From contig NC_091473.1 in NCBI RefSeq assembly GCF_036971445.1, positions 248,930,001 to 248,994,000 on the forward strand: a DNA stretch of 64,000 bases, written 5' to 3'. The DNA comes from Narcine bancroftii. Lineage: Eukaryota. The notes under the pieces were generated by a model. The model worked only from the letters and a program-made list of their open reading frames with translations, did not search any database and had not been told where the DNA came from. A program made the position numbers and the translations under genes. Shown piece after piece: positions 35,881 through 48,484 of this stretch (its first letter is position 1; the number at the start of each line of letters is the position of its first letter).

Positions 35881-37109
35881 ATTTTAAAATTTAATTTTAA
35901 AAATTTAAATTTAAAACTTTAATATACTCCAAATGCACAACAGAAGATATGATTTATCCATTGACCAATGATGTTTGCAAGGCATCATCGAAAATGTAAC
36001 CTATGACCATGTCCTTCTTTGCAATGACCACCTTAATTATTACATCATGTCATAAATGAATAAGAAAAGGTTTAACTTAAAGATGAAAGCCAATGTAAGC
36101 GACTGCACTACCACAAGTGTGTTATAACTTTACTTTCGCATTGTGATGGAAAAACTGTCCTAACCACATTGCATTGTTGGATATATTTCACTACAGGGAA
36201 ATGTAATGCTGCAGAACAGAATCAACAATAGCTGAATAGAATCATGAAACTCCAGACACCTTTACAGAAGTATGTTTAATTAGCTCACAAATTAAATCCC
36301 TTCTCTTAACCCTCACCTGTATTTGTCAGTAAGTGGACATTTGCAATGCAATGCGAAGTGACTGGCACTTAACTTCAGTAAAACAAGAACATAGCTGCAC
36401 TCATTCATCAGATGGCTCAGGACTTTTGGATAGATGGCAAAAGCAATAGGATATATTACAGCTGAGAGAGAGGGAAAGCCACTCAGAAGAACAATTTATC
36501 AACTCTGATCCTCAGTGAGAGTGTTGCTGAGATGGTGGCCCAATATATTTCTTGGCATCTCATCATTCTTCTAGTTGCATTTTTTGTATTTAAAGGTCAT
36601 CAAGTCTGAAGTTTCTGCTGTGCCACTCTCTTTAGATGCTTGAGGGCCACAGGCAATTTCATTCAGATTTGTTTTAGAAAGATTATTTTCATATTTAACT
36701 CTTTTTGAAATTGACCGCACCATTTCAAGGCAAAACACTTTTGAAAATACAAATTGACAACATCCAATGATTTCCCCCTCAAAGAACCCAAACATATCCG
36801 GCAAACACAATTTGTTTTTCTGGCCAACCAGATTTTGACAATCATTCAAATGTGGCTTTTAATAGGGCAATTTTTATATTTGGTAAGAGACACAACAGAG
36901 AATCATGTCCTTCAAGGGCACTGGGTGATAAATTTAAGTCATTCACTGACCTCTATCAGCAGTTCCGTCAAGATTAAGTTTAGCACTGACCGCTAGAATA
37001 GTGCCAAAGATGAGGATGAAGGATTTCAGCTATAAGTTAGACTGGAGAATCTGCAATTATTCTTCTCAAAGAGAGCTGAAACAAGATTTGTCAGAGGTGT
37101 ACACTTTTA

Positions 37110-39635
37110 ATAGATCCTCCAATCCTCCCTTAGACCCTTCCTACCCTTCACCTCCTGCTCCACCCCATCCTCCTCTCCTCCCCAACACCCTGCGCTCCAT
37201 TGAACCTCCCCCTAACCCCTGCCTGGTCTTCACCATCCCCTCCAACCTTCCCCTCTCAGAAGCTGAACGCTGGGTCCTCAGGAGAGTCCTCACCTTAATC
37301 CCCCTTTGCCCACATCTTAATGAGTTTCATCACACCATGATATTGAACTCGTCTTCCGTCAGCTCCGTCTTCATGCCTAATTCCACAACCATGATTCTCC
37401 ATCCCTTCTCTCACTTTAAAATGTCTTGCTCCTCCTGGACACCTTGGTGTCTTCTACCTGCTCTGGACTTTTATTTTTCCAACTGCTGCTGTGACGTCAG
37501 CTGTATCGACTTCACTACTCCCCTCATTCATTTCAAACTTACCCCCTCCAGAACGCATGGCCCTCCACTCTCTCCATACCAATCTGAATCTCATCATCAA
37601 ACTTGCAGTCAAGGATGGTACTGTTGTAGTCTGACACACTGACCTCTATCTGGCCGATGCCAGATGACATCTCTCAGACACCTCCTCTTACTTACCCCTC
37701 CAACAGGACCCCACTAATCCACTTATCATGCATCATCTCTGAAGTCATTACTTCTGGTCACCTCCCTTTGGAACAGCTTCCAACCTCAGTATTTCCCAAC
37801 CCCGTACCACCCATTTCTACCCAAGATCCATAAACCCAATTATCCTGGCATGACCCCGTTCTTGACCCCATTCTCATGCCCCACCGAATTGGCCACCATT
37901 TACCTTGACTCTGTTTTGTCCCCCCGGTCCAGTTCCTCCCCACCTACATTTTGGACACTTCACACGCCCTCCATCACTTCAACAACTTCCACTTCCCTGA
38001 AATCGATCAGATCATATTTATCGTGGATATCCAATCCCTATACATCTTCATTCCCCATACTGGAGGCCTCAATGCCCTTTGTTTCTTTCTGGACAATAGA
38101 ACCAACCAGTCCCCTCCACTTCCACCCTCCTCAGGCTGGCAGAACTTGTCCTCACCCTAATAATCTCTCCTTTGACTCATCGCACTCTCTCCAGGTTAAA
38201 GGGGTAGCCATGGGTATCCATAAGGGCCCCAGCTATGCCTGCCTTTTTGTTGGCTATGTGGAACAATCTATACTACAAGCCTACACAGCCAAGGTCCCTC
38301 AACTTTTCCATCGCTACATCAATGACTACTTTGTTACTGCCTCATGTACCCACGATGAACTCGATGACTTCATCTATTTTGTTGTCAACTTCCACTCTGA
38401 CCTCAACTTACTTGATCCATCTCTAGCAACACTCTCCCTTTCCTCGATCTCTCTGTCTCCATCTCAGGAGACAAGCTCTCGACAGGCATCTTCTATAAAC
38501 CCATCAACTCCCACAGTTACCTCGACTATATCTCTTACTACCCTGTCCCCTGTAAGGATTCCATTCCATTCTCTCAATTCCTCCGTCTTCATCTCATCTG
38601 CACCCAGGCATCTTCCATGCCAGATCATCAGAGATGTCCTTCTTCTACAAACAATGTGGCTTTCCCTCTACTACCATCAACTCGGCACTCATCCACATAT
38701 CCTCCTTTACCCTCACATCTGCCCTGCCCCCCTCGACCCCCACACACAAGGATAGGATTCTTATTCTCACTTACCACCCAACCAGCCTCCCCATCCAACA
38801 TATCCTCTTCCACATACTACGTGATCCCACCAACAGACACATATTCCCTTCTCTGCCTTTCGCAGGGACTGCTCTCTCCATGATTCCCTTATCCACTTCT
38901 CCCTCCCTGCCAATTGTCCCCTTCGGACATACCCCTATGACTGCAGAAGATGCTCCACTTGCACCCACACCTCCTCCCTCAGCATCATTCAGGGGTCCAA
39001 ATAGTTCTTCCAAGTGAAGCAACATTTCACGTGAATCTGCAGGGGTTCATCTACTGCATCCTGTGCTCTCACCATAACTACTCTGCATCAAAGAGACTGA
39101 ACGGAGACTGGGAGACCAACTCTGTCTACCGCAACAGCGTGGATCTCCCAGAGGCCACCCATTTCAATTCTCCATCCCACACCGACGTGTTTGTCCATAG
39201 TCCCATGCACTGCCAGACCTATACCACCCATAAATTGGAGGAATAACACCTCACCTTCCGACTGGGCACCCTCCAACCAGATGGCATTAATATCAACTTG
39301 CCTGGCTTTCATTAACCCCCCACCCACCCTCTTGATCCCTCCATTCCCTGCCTCCTTTCACACAGACATGATAAATTCTACTGTCCCTTATCACATCCAA
39401 TGAACACCTTTTGTTGGTCTGGATTCCTCCCCCATTGTTTGAATTCTGAGACTTTCTGATCTTTCCTGCTTCTGCCTTTTCTAATTTTCCCTTGAAGAAG
39501 GGCTCAGGCCCGAAACATCAGCAATATATCTTTGTCAAAAAGTTCCTAAATGCTGAATATACCTACTGAGTTCCTCCAGCATTTTGGTGTTTTTACTATA
39601 ATCACAGGTGTCTGCAGCCTATCGTGTTTCTCTTT
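37110..39635 (+). mobile_element. Penelope-like element (RT plus GIY-YIG), decayed
   Basis: LSEAERWVLRR, LQVKGVAMG...PSYACLFVGYVEQ...FHRYIND (PLE RT); QGFIYCILCS (GIY-YIG region); tail with hammerhead-like motif at 39492-39516. Confidence 0.9.
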
Positions 39636-39954
39636 AATAGATTTAAACAGAATAGGTATAGAGGTATCACCAATTCATTCCAGGGAAAAAAGATGAAGGA
39701 ACCAAAAACTAAAGTGGGAAAATAAGAACATACAAGTAAGATTAGACCATACAGCCTCCCAGCCCTTTTGCCATTCAGTAAGTTAGAGAAAGCCAAAAGA
39801 AAACCGAAGAAGCTGGAAACACTCAGTAAATCAGGTAGCATCTATGGGTAGAAAACCATTTCAGGTTGATGATCTTTCATCTCTTGGAAGGACACACATG
39901 AAACATTTTTTTACTCTTCAATGATGCAGCCTGAGCTGCTTGGTAATTTATTAT

Positions 39955-41022
39955 TAAATTTATATATGCGACATGGTAGAAGCCTATTTAAACCCATGCC
40001 ACCCAATTACACACAAATTAACTGACAACCCTGTACATTTTGGATGGTGGGAGGAAGTTTGCCGATGAAACCACAGATGTCGGCAGAATCACAAATGGGA
40101 GTGAGGAAGCGAACAGGAGGGAGATAGATCAGCTTGTTGAATGGTGTAACAACAACAACCTTGCACTCAACATCAGCAAAACCAAGGAGATGATTATGGA
40201 CTTCAGAAGGAAGTCAGGGGAACATGACCCAGTTCTGAGGGCTCAGTAGTGGAGATGGTCAAGATCTTTAAATTCCTGGGTGTCAACATCTCCAAGGGTC
40301 TGTCCTAGAGCCTCCATGTTGATGCAATCTCAAAGGCTCACCAGCGGCTATACTTTGTGAGGGGTCTGAGGAGATTTGATATATCACCGAAGACTCTTAT
40401 AAAATTCTACAGGTGTACCATGGAGAGCATTCTGGCTGGTTGCATCACTGCCTGGTATAGAGGCACCAAATCTCAAGACAAGAATAAACTCCAGAGGGTT
40501 GTTAACTCGGCCTGTGACATTACAGGCACCAAACTTCACTCCATCAAGGACGTCTACATGAGGCGGTATCTTAAAAAAGCAGCCTCTATCTTCAAAGACC
40601 CCCACCATCCAGGCCATGCCCTCTTCACTCTGCTACCTTAGGTACAGGAGCCTAAAGACGAGCACTCAACGGCACAATGACAGCTTCTTCCCCGCTGCCA
40701 TCAGATTCCTGAATAATCAATGAACCAAAGACACGGCCTCACTTTTCATGCACCACTATTGTTAATTATTATTTTATTTTATTTTTTACAGTAATGTCAT
40801 AAGATAGTTAAAATATGTATGTTTGCACGATGATTCTGCTGCCAAACACCAAATTTCATGTCTTGTTCGTGACAATAAAACCAGATTCTGATTCTGAAAG
40901 TGGAGAAAAACCAACGCAGACAAAGGGAGAATGTACAAACTCCTTCCACACAGTGCCGGATTCGAACCCCGGGTCATTGGTGCTGCAATAGCATCCCACT
41001 AACCGCCTCATTAACCATGCTG
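39955..41022 (-). mobile_element. tRNA-derived SINE split by a Rex insertion (39955-40036 plus 40897-41022)
   Basis: The two halves join into one SINE once 40036-40896 is removed. Confidence 0.75.
40036..40896 (+). mobile_element. Rex1/Babar LINE 3' fragment
   Basis: KFADET...WCNNNNLALNISKTKEM...FYRCTMESILAGCITAWY...DPHHPGHALFTLLP; tail attctgattctga. Confidence 0.92.
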
Positions 41023-41077
41023 CAGCTTCCAGCATTTAATGTTTTTATTCCTTCCACGGAATATCTCTTTTAGTCCA

Positions 41078-41265
41078 CGTGGTGAGATGTAATTACACCA
41101 CTAGGTCACCAGGGGTCATCCCGGTGACCTTGTCCATAAAGCCGTCCAGAGCTACAGTCTAGCCTTCCAGGTTCGTCTTGCAGAGACACAAGACCTCTTA
41201 GTGTCCATATTAGTTTATTAAAGCTGCCTTATACTCACACTGCTGGTGTGGTTATTGTCAGTACA
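41078..41265 (+). mobile_element. Short solo LTR (188 bp)
   Basis: cgtggtg (TG variant)...agtaca, flanked by perfect 5-bp TSD gtcca (41073-41077, 41266-41270); cataaa and attaaa signals. Confidence 0.8.
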
Positions 41266-41372
41266 GTCCAATTTATATTGTTGGTACTGACATGGATCAT
41301 GATCTCTCCCTTCCCACTCCTTCCTTTATTCCTCTTTCACACCATTTCTCTTTGATCTATTTTTCTCTGTTT

Positions 41373-41512
41373 TTAAAACTCGTGAGTTGTGTTCTTCTCG
41401 TCAGCGAGTGTGGCGATTCTCTGTTCAGGCAATGTTAACCGAATACCATTCACCGGCAATACCATGTTTGCCGATGAATCAAACCTGCCCTGTTGCTGCG
41501 ATGAATTCAACA
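41373..41512 (-). other. Candidate terminal exon, CpG-rich (unidentified)
   Basis: Acceptor ttttttaatatcag, then LNSSQQQGRFDSSANMVLPVNGIRLTLPEQRIATLADEKNTTHEF*. Confidence 0.25.
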
Positions 41513-42519
41513 CTGATATTAAAAAAACACCAACACCACATCAAATTACTATTCTTAGGCAAATTCTGTATTCTCTTGAAAATGTGCTTTTTCAATGTGT
41601 TCGCTTCAGCCTAACTTGTGTTATTTTGTACATGGACTCCTTTTCTTAGTAACTAATCTCTTGGCGAATACAAGGAAAAAATGTATTATTCAGAAATAGG
41701 GATGACAGAACTTTGTGCCTGTTGGAAACAAACTTAGTCAGGGCATCAAAGGGGAATTGGTTAGGTATGAGAGCATATAATTTGCAGGGACAGTGGGAAC
41801 ATCAAGAGTGCCTATATGGATTCTGGAAGCTAACTGGGTTCCTACCCTACTATGAGCATAGATTTGATGCAGTGAGAATCCTTAGTTTTTCACTAGTTAT
41901 AAAACCTTAAAGCCAGTGGCCTTTAGATTTATCTCCACCCACTTGACAGTCCGTACACAAACTGCCCTTGACTCAGCAGTGATTCTCACTGGATCACAGT
42001 CTGATTCAGGCAAGTTGCAAAATGCAAAGCATTGTATGAAACCCCCATTGCTCATTTTCATTCAAGCACACAAGGATCTGAAACATCTGATCTGAACTGT
42101 GGTAAACCACAAATCCAGGCCCAATAAACCAGAAAAAAAAATTATGCTTGCCACTTTATAAACTGTGCTCATCACAAGCACCATACTCAACTATCAAGTT
42201 GTGTTTACCTCTGTGGGTTCATCTTCAGATACCCCAACACTGACTTTGTCCCATCTACTCTCCAGACCCTCTTTCTAAAAGCTCTCCCATTCCACCAAAG
42301 AATGAGTTCTTGTCTTGTTTTGGGTAAGGAGCGTTAAAAGTTGGCATGGACAAGTTGGACAGAAGGGCCTGTTTCATAGAACACAGAGCAGTACAGGACA
42401 GTGGGGAATCCTTGACCCGTGATGTTGTGCTGACCTGTATAAACCTACTTCACATCAATCCAATCCTCCCTTCCTTCACTGCCCATAACTGTGCTTCCAT
42501 GCTGCAGAACTGTGACTCT

Positions 42520-42826
42520 AAAGTTCAAAAATCAGATTTATTGTCGGAGTACATACATGACATCACATACAACCCTGAGATTCTTTTTCCTGTGGGCCAG
42601 GCAGAATTACCACTCATTGGTGGTGCAAGAATCTGTACTCAAGAAGACAGCAATACATAAAATGTAAACAAACACTGTAATGCAGAGAGAAAAAAAAAAT
42701 CAATAAAGTGCACATGTCAGAGTCCTTAAATAAGTCTCTGATTGAGTTTGTTGCTGAGTTGCCTGATGGTGGAGAGGTATTCCTGAATCTGGTGGTGCGA
42801 GTCTTGTGGCTCCGTTACCTCTTTCC
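42520..42826 (-). mobile_element. Rex1/Babar LINE 3' tail
   Basis: Same tail as 12922-13200 and 45170-45486. Confidence 0.85.
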
Positions 42827-43768
42827 ACTATGATCCAGGATATCATTTCAGATCTCGGTTACTGGGTAAGCACAGGACCTTCCATCTGGCTTACCATGTA
42901 ATTGCAGGCATGGGTCCAGGGCACTCAATGCCCATTGGGCCTAGAATCAATGGAATAAAGTAATTACAGGTCCTATGATCCACGGTATCAGGTAACTACA
43001 GAGTTTGTAAACCACAATGCTCCATAATTACAAAGGCTGAGAGCAATAATTTGGGGACTGGGATCCTGGGCAATCAATAATCACAGGATCTAAGACCAGA
43101 AAATCACTAGGTCCATGATCCAGGAGAACTAAGTCAACACTTTCCCATACACTACCTTCAGACTTTAAAAAAAAAACTGACAGTTCCACTCTATCTGTGC
43201 AAATTGCACCAAATGCGATGTAAATGTATAATTCTTAAGTGCTCGTTCAATATCAATGGAGGGTTAGCTCCATTGCTGCCTGTATCTGTGTTGAGGGATC
43301 ATGGAAAGTGAGTCTATCTACACTGCTTATTCATCCCTCAGCAAAGAACCACAGCTAATATTGTAGAATGAGGTTTATTCTCAAAGTAACTGGAATACAT
43401 TTCTGGTCTGCTATTTATTATGGCCCCCTAACAATATTCCCAAATTGATAAGATTCTTTCTTTATTAACTATGCATTGGAATTCCCACTTATCAAGCAAA
43501 TTTCATTTGCATTAAATTTGTGAGCCTGCCTTCCATTTATCCAATGGCACAGATAAAGATTCTGTGACTGTGGATGTGTTGTAAAGTGATAATTGCATGG
43601 AACCAGACAACATGGAATATGCCCTTTGGCCTACCTTATCCATATCAACCAGATCAGCATTCTGGGCTGGGGCCACTTGCCTCCATTTGACCCATATCTT
43701 TCTAAATCCTTCTTCCTCAAATATCTGTCCAAATGTCCCTTCAAAATCAAAATAGTACCTCCTTCTCT

Positions 43769-43942
43769 GGTGAATAGGAGGGAGTTGGTGAAAGATAAGA
43801 GGAGTCAAGAGGTAATGGAAGGGAAGTGGCAGAATGAGGACAATGAATAAAACTATTTATGTTACTTTGCAAGGAGTTTGCGGAGGTTTGGTATGACATC
43901 AGAAATCCTGGCAAATTTCTCCAAATTTGTGGTGAAAAATGT
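43769..43942 (+). repeat. 174-bp templated copy of 44781-44954
   Basis: 171/174 identical; flanked by direct repeat gtacctccttct (43755-43766, 43941-43952). Confidence 0.92.
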
Positions 43943-44056
43943 ACCTCCTTCTGTGCCATTTCATTCCTGATATGTGAAATGTTTAGCGACATATTTCTAC
44001 AAATATTGGAAAAAAAATACATAGATCATCCTTTTTTCTACAAAAACACACTAGTT

Positions 44057-44424
44057 CAAAGGTTTTTGACCTTTTTCTTTCCACTCACATACCACTTTAA
44101 GTAATCCCTATGCCATTAGTAGTCTCTGATTAGTAAGGAATTGTTTAAGGTCGTATGTGGGTAGGAAGGGAAGGATGAAAATCACTGCTTTAGACCCAAT
44201 TGTTACTGGAATATTTTGCTTGAGAAAAATTGCCATTGGCCCATTTCCTTTGGAATTATGAAACCATGCACATAACAAGTCAATTAGGTATGATTAAACT
44301 AAGGGTTTACAAACTTTTGATTTCCACCCACAATTAGCAATCCCTTACTAATCACAGAGCACCTATAGCATAGGGAATACTTAAAGTGGTATGTAAATGG
44401 AGAGAAAAAGGTTGAGAACCACTG
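44057..44424. mobile_element. hAT composite MITE
   Basis: Perfect 8-bp TSD cactagtt (44049-44056, 44425-44432); two units plus spacer. Confidence 0.92.
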
Positions 44425-44451
44425 CACTAGTTTGTAACATTGGTCCAACTC

Positions 44452-45486
44452 TGAGGTGCTATCGATAGCTTGCTCTGTTACAACTACTCACCAGGCAGTA
44501 TGAATTGGAAACAACCTCTCCTCCTCACTGATTATCAACACAGAAGCACCTCAAGGATGCGCGCTTAGCTCACTACTCTACTCATTATACACCCATGACT
44601 GTGCGGCCAGGCACAATTATGTTATCTCCTATCACCATGTAACATAGAGATTGGGTTCAAGGAGAAACTTTCAGTGGGAATGACCTAAGTGCAGTGCAGT
44701 GTGGGTTTTGAGAAAGCGGTGAAGAACTTGTTGCAAAGGGTAGAATTAGCTGATAGAATGATCAGAGGGAGAGCTAAAGAGGTGAATAGGAGGGAGTTGG
44801 TGAAAGATAAGAGGAGTCAAGAGGTAATGGAAGGGAAGTGGGAGAATGAGGACAATTAATAAAACTATTTATGTTACTTTGCAAGGAGTTTGCAGAGGTT
44901 TGGTATGACATCAGAAATCCTGGCAAATTTCTCCAAATTTGTGGTGAAAAATGTGCTGACCGGCTGCATCACAGTGTGTTATGGGGACACCAACACCCCT
45001 GAACATAAAACCCTCCAAAAGGTGGTGGACACAGCCCAGGGCATCACAGGCAAAACCCTCCCCACCATCAAGAACATCTACAGGGAGCCCTGTCATCAGA
45101 GGGCAACAGCTATCATCAAGGATCCACACCACCCAGCGCACACACACTATTCTCGCTGCTTCCATCAGAAAAGAGATATAGGTGTCACTAGACTCACACC
45201 ACCAGGTTCAGGAGTGACTGCTACCCCTCCACCATCAGACTCTTCAACAACAAACTTAATCAGGCAGTCATTTAAGGGCTCGTACTTGTGCACTTTATTG
45301 ATTTTTTTAATTCTCTCTGAATTGCAATGACTATGTTTACATTTCTTTATCTGATAACACGTGTACGATGTGTACAGTTTTTTTTGCACTACCAATATGT
45401 GGTTCTGCCTCACTCATAGGAAAAAGAATCTCGGTTGTATGTGATGTAATGTATGTACTCTGACAATAAAATCTGAAATCTGAAAT
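44452..45486 (+). mobile_element. Rex1/Babar LINE fragment; its middle is replaced by unrelated sequence at ~44618-44870
   Basis: EAPQGCALSSLLYS RT motif, then ILANF..FVVKNVLTGCITVCYG...KDPHHPAH; tail aatctgaaatctgaaat. Confidence 0.88.
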
Positions 45487-46216
45487 CCAATGTAATCTAA
45501 ACAACTAACTGTCTGATGGACATATTCAAAGCATTTATGAAGTCATCAAAATTACCAGAGAAAATATGTTGTAAAAAGGAATTACATTGAGGAAGGTCTA
45601 TTCCATATCAGCACAGGTCAGGTCATACCCTTTATCGAGTCCAGAGTCAGAATCAAGTTGGCATTTACAAGATAATTCAGTGTTTGAGGCAAGTGCTGCT
45701 CACAGGCCTCATGTGCATGGTAAAAAAGTCATATAAGCTACACTTTACAGTTGGCTTCAGTGTCAGACAACATTGTAAATAACAGAGACTGGCCCCTGGT
45801 CCAGAGAGTCCCATTGGTGCCGTAATTGAGTGTTCATCTCCTCAGCAAGTGTAGCAATTCTCTGTTCAAGCAATGTTAATCAAACACCTTCCAAGTAAAT
45901 CAAAACTGCCCTGTTTAATCAAGCATCATGACTTCACTGGGTGAGCAGTTTGATGTGCAGGAGTTAAAAAGTAGTCAATGCAACCTGAGTGACCGGGAAT
46001 GAGATAGGGCGTAAACAGATATTAATCCTTCTTGACAGTAATTAAAACAGGAAGGAATTACTCTATCAACTTGATTATGAGCTCCCATTGAGAACCTGAA
46101 ACAAATCATCTTTAATTGGCTATTGCAGGAAAACATAGATATTGAGCTATTAATGTAATGGATTTCAAGGGACCTCTTTGTTGCAAAAGTTGTTTGCTAA
46201 ATTATCTTTTGTTTAG

Positions 46217-46274
46217 TGACAGCAATAAGGATGTCAAATATGAAAACAATGGACTAATTTCAATGAACTGGAAA
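46217..46274 (+). other. Candidate small exon
   Basis: gctaaattatcttttgtttag acceptor and AAA|gtaagc donor; open frame DSNKDVKYENNGLISMNWK, phase-compatible with 32740-32869. Confidence 0.2.
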
Positions 46275-46682
46275 GTAAGCAGATTATAAATATAGTTTCA
46301 TTCTCTGATTACCCACTTGTTTTGTGAAGCAGTCTGTCATGGAAGTGTCATGGATCTGTTTACCTCCCTTCTGATGTCCTTGAACATCTGTGCCTCATAG
46401 AAACAGCTCTGACCAAATTCATAAATATCCCATGAACCTACTGTGGGCCTTGAACTTGCATCTTGCTCACTGACAGGGTCTGTCACCTGATAGCTGAAAA
46501 GCCTCTTTCAATCCCCCTTTTTTTTAACCCGAGTTGTTTTAAATCAAGACCTCCCCAACCCATTTTCCACCACTTGTGACCTACATCTGCACTTTCAAAC
46601 CCTCGCATCTCTATTTCACCCCCAGTAAATGAAAAGTGACTTTCCCTCCATCTCTCATATTGTTCCTCATTATTAGCATTCA

Positions 46683-46816
46683 TGGAATTTTTCCCCTGCA
46701 GCCACTGCAACCGTGTCTGCCTGTCCCGCATCGGACTTGTCAGCCACAAACGAGCCTGCAGCTGACGTGGACTTTTACCCCCTCCATAAATCTTCGTCCG
46801 CGAAGCCAAGCCAAAG
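46683..46816 (+). mobile_element. RTE/BovB-like LINE, 5'-truncated (134 bp)
   Basis: FPCSHCNRVCLSRIGLVSHKRACS*; 11-bp TSD attagcattca (46672-46682, 46817-46827). Confidence 0.9.
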
Positions 46817-47584
46817 ATTAGCATTCAGCATCAAAGCCCTGAGTGCACAAAGAAATTTACCCAGACTGTGCCATCAGATCTGTTTCGACACAGCAAGAGA
46901 AATTGATCACAGTCAGTAGCGCAAGACAAACATAATAGCAATTCTAAAATTTGGAACCAAGCCCTGGTGTTGAGAAATAACGTGCTGTTGTTATTATAAA
47001 GCAAATTGGCTAGGCTGATTGGGGATGAAGGTGCTTTCAGACCTCACTCTTCCAAAAAGCACTGTCCTCAGGAATGCAAACATAACACTGATTTTATTCC
47101 TTCACAAAGAGCCATCTCTTTAAATCCCACTCCCCCACACTGACCTTCCATCAGTGTGAAGGGCTCGTTGACTATGAGCGCTGCAATTAAAAAAATATCT
47201 CTTTGACCCAGGGGTTAGTCATTCATCTGCCAATATTTTATTTAACTCGATGACTGACTTGCTTGTGTTCCATAATAGTAACCCACTTAAAACAAAAAGA
47301 TGACCAATTTGTAAAGAACAAGCAGACGAATTTCCCAAGAAGACATTGTAGTATCATTTCACAGGGTAACATTAACACTTTTCAATATTTTAGAATTAAC
47401 GCTCTTGTTTCACAAGTTCAGCAAATGAATTTTTCTACCAATCTGAGAAATAAAACTTCAAATGTGTAAATTAGTCTTGAATTTTAGTCCATCATTATTC
47501 AATGGTGTCTGTAATAAATCTAGACCAAAATAAACTGTCTGAATTTTGGCTGTTTTCATGACCATGTTACCATATTTTGAATGT

Positions 47585-47865
47585 TGCAGTGCCTGCCTAT
47601 ATTTTGTTCATACCTTGATGAAGGCCTCAAGCTGAAATGTTGGTTATGTATCTTTATCTTTGCTATATAAAGTCCAACCGTGCCTGCCTGTCCCGCATCG
47701 GACTTGTCAGCCACAAACGAGCCTGCAGCTGACGTGGACATTACCCCTCCATAAATCTTCGTCCGCGAAGCCAAGCCAAAGAAATAAAGTCCACTATTTG
47801 ACCTGTTGAGTTTCTCCAGCATTGTGTTTTTACATGAATCATGGTGTCGGCAGACTTTCATGTTT
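47585..47865 (+). mobile_element. Penelope 3' tail with hammerhead-like motif, interrupted by RTE
   Basis: cataccTTGATGAaggcctcaagctGAAAtgttggttatg...gacctgttgagtttctccagca. Confidence 0.8.
47677..47783 (+). mobile_element. RTE/BovB-like LINE, 5'-truncated (107 bp)
   Basis: 10-bp TSD ataaagtcca (47667-47676, 47784-47793). Confidence 0.9.
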
Positions 47866-48484
47866 TACAATAACAATTTGTGTTTATTTATATAAAACCT
47901 GTATAATTAACACAGCACTTTGCCCCAGGTTCTTTGATAGTGTTCTAATTTGAAACCTGGCACAGAAATACTTGAGATGGTATAGGAACAATTGATCGAA
48001 TGCTCGTGCAAGGAGTACTTTAAAAAAGAATATGTCACTTATTTTTGACAACAATAAAAAGTCTCTCTTGATTTATACAGTTAAAGGCTATTGTGGGTGG
48101 AATGAGACTTGCTGTGCAGTCTCTGGGAATTGATACCTGATGGATGGAATCCTCGTTGTGATTTGGAAAGCAGCTGAGGAGGAGCTTGAAGATTATTTAT
48201 TCTGCTGCATCTCTTCCAGCTTTTGAGGCAATTGTCATAACTGAATAAATGTTGGCTGGAATATTGAATGGGGATGGGAGAGGGATGTGTGTAAGTCAAA
48301 GTGACCTGGACAGACAAGTGAAAAAAAAGTTTCCAGCAGATGCACTCTTTGTTAAATCAGCTATTGAGACTCTCTTTTGGACGACAAACCAGTGGAATAT
48401 TACTAGGGAAGGTGATGCATGTTGTCTACTGATGCCTCTTTCTCTGGGCTTGAGAAAAGTAGAAGGCTCCTGAACAACAGTGCT

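Noticed and set aside
37001-38755. 213-aa and 301-aa ORFs as novel proteins
   Set aside because: They are frameshifted mosaics of Penelope RT in stop-poor C-rich DNA
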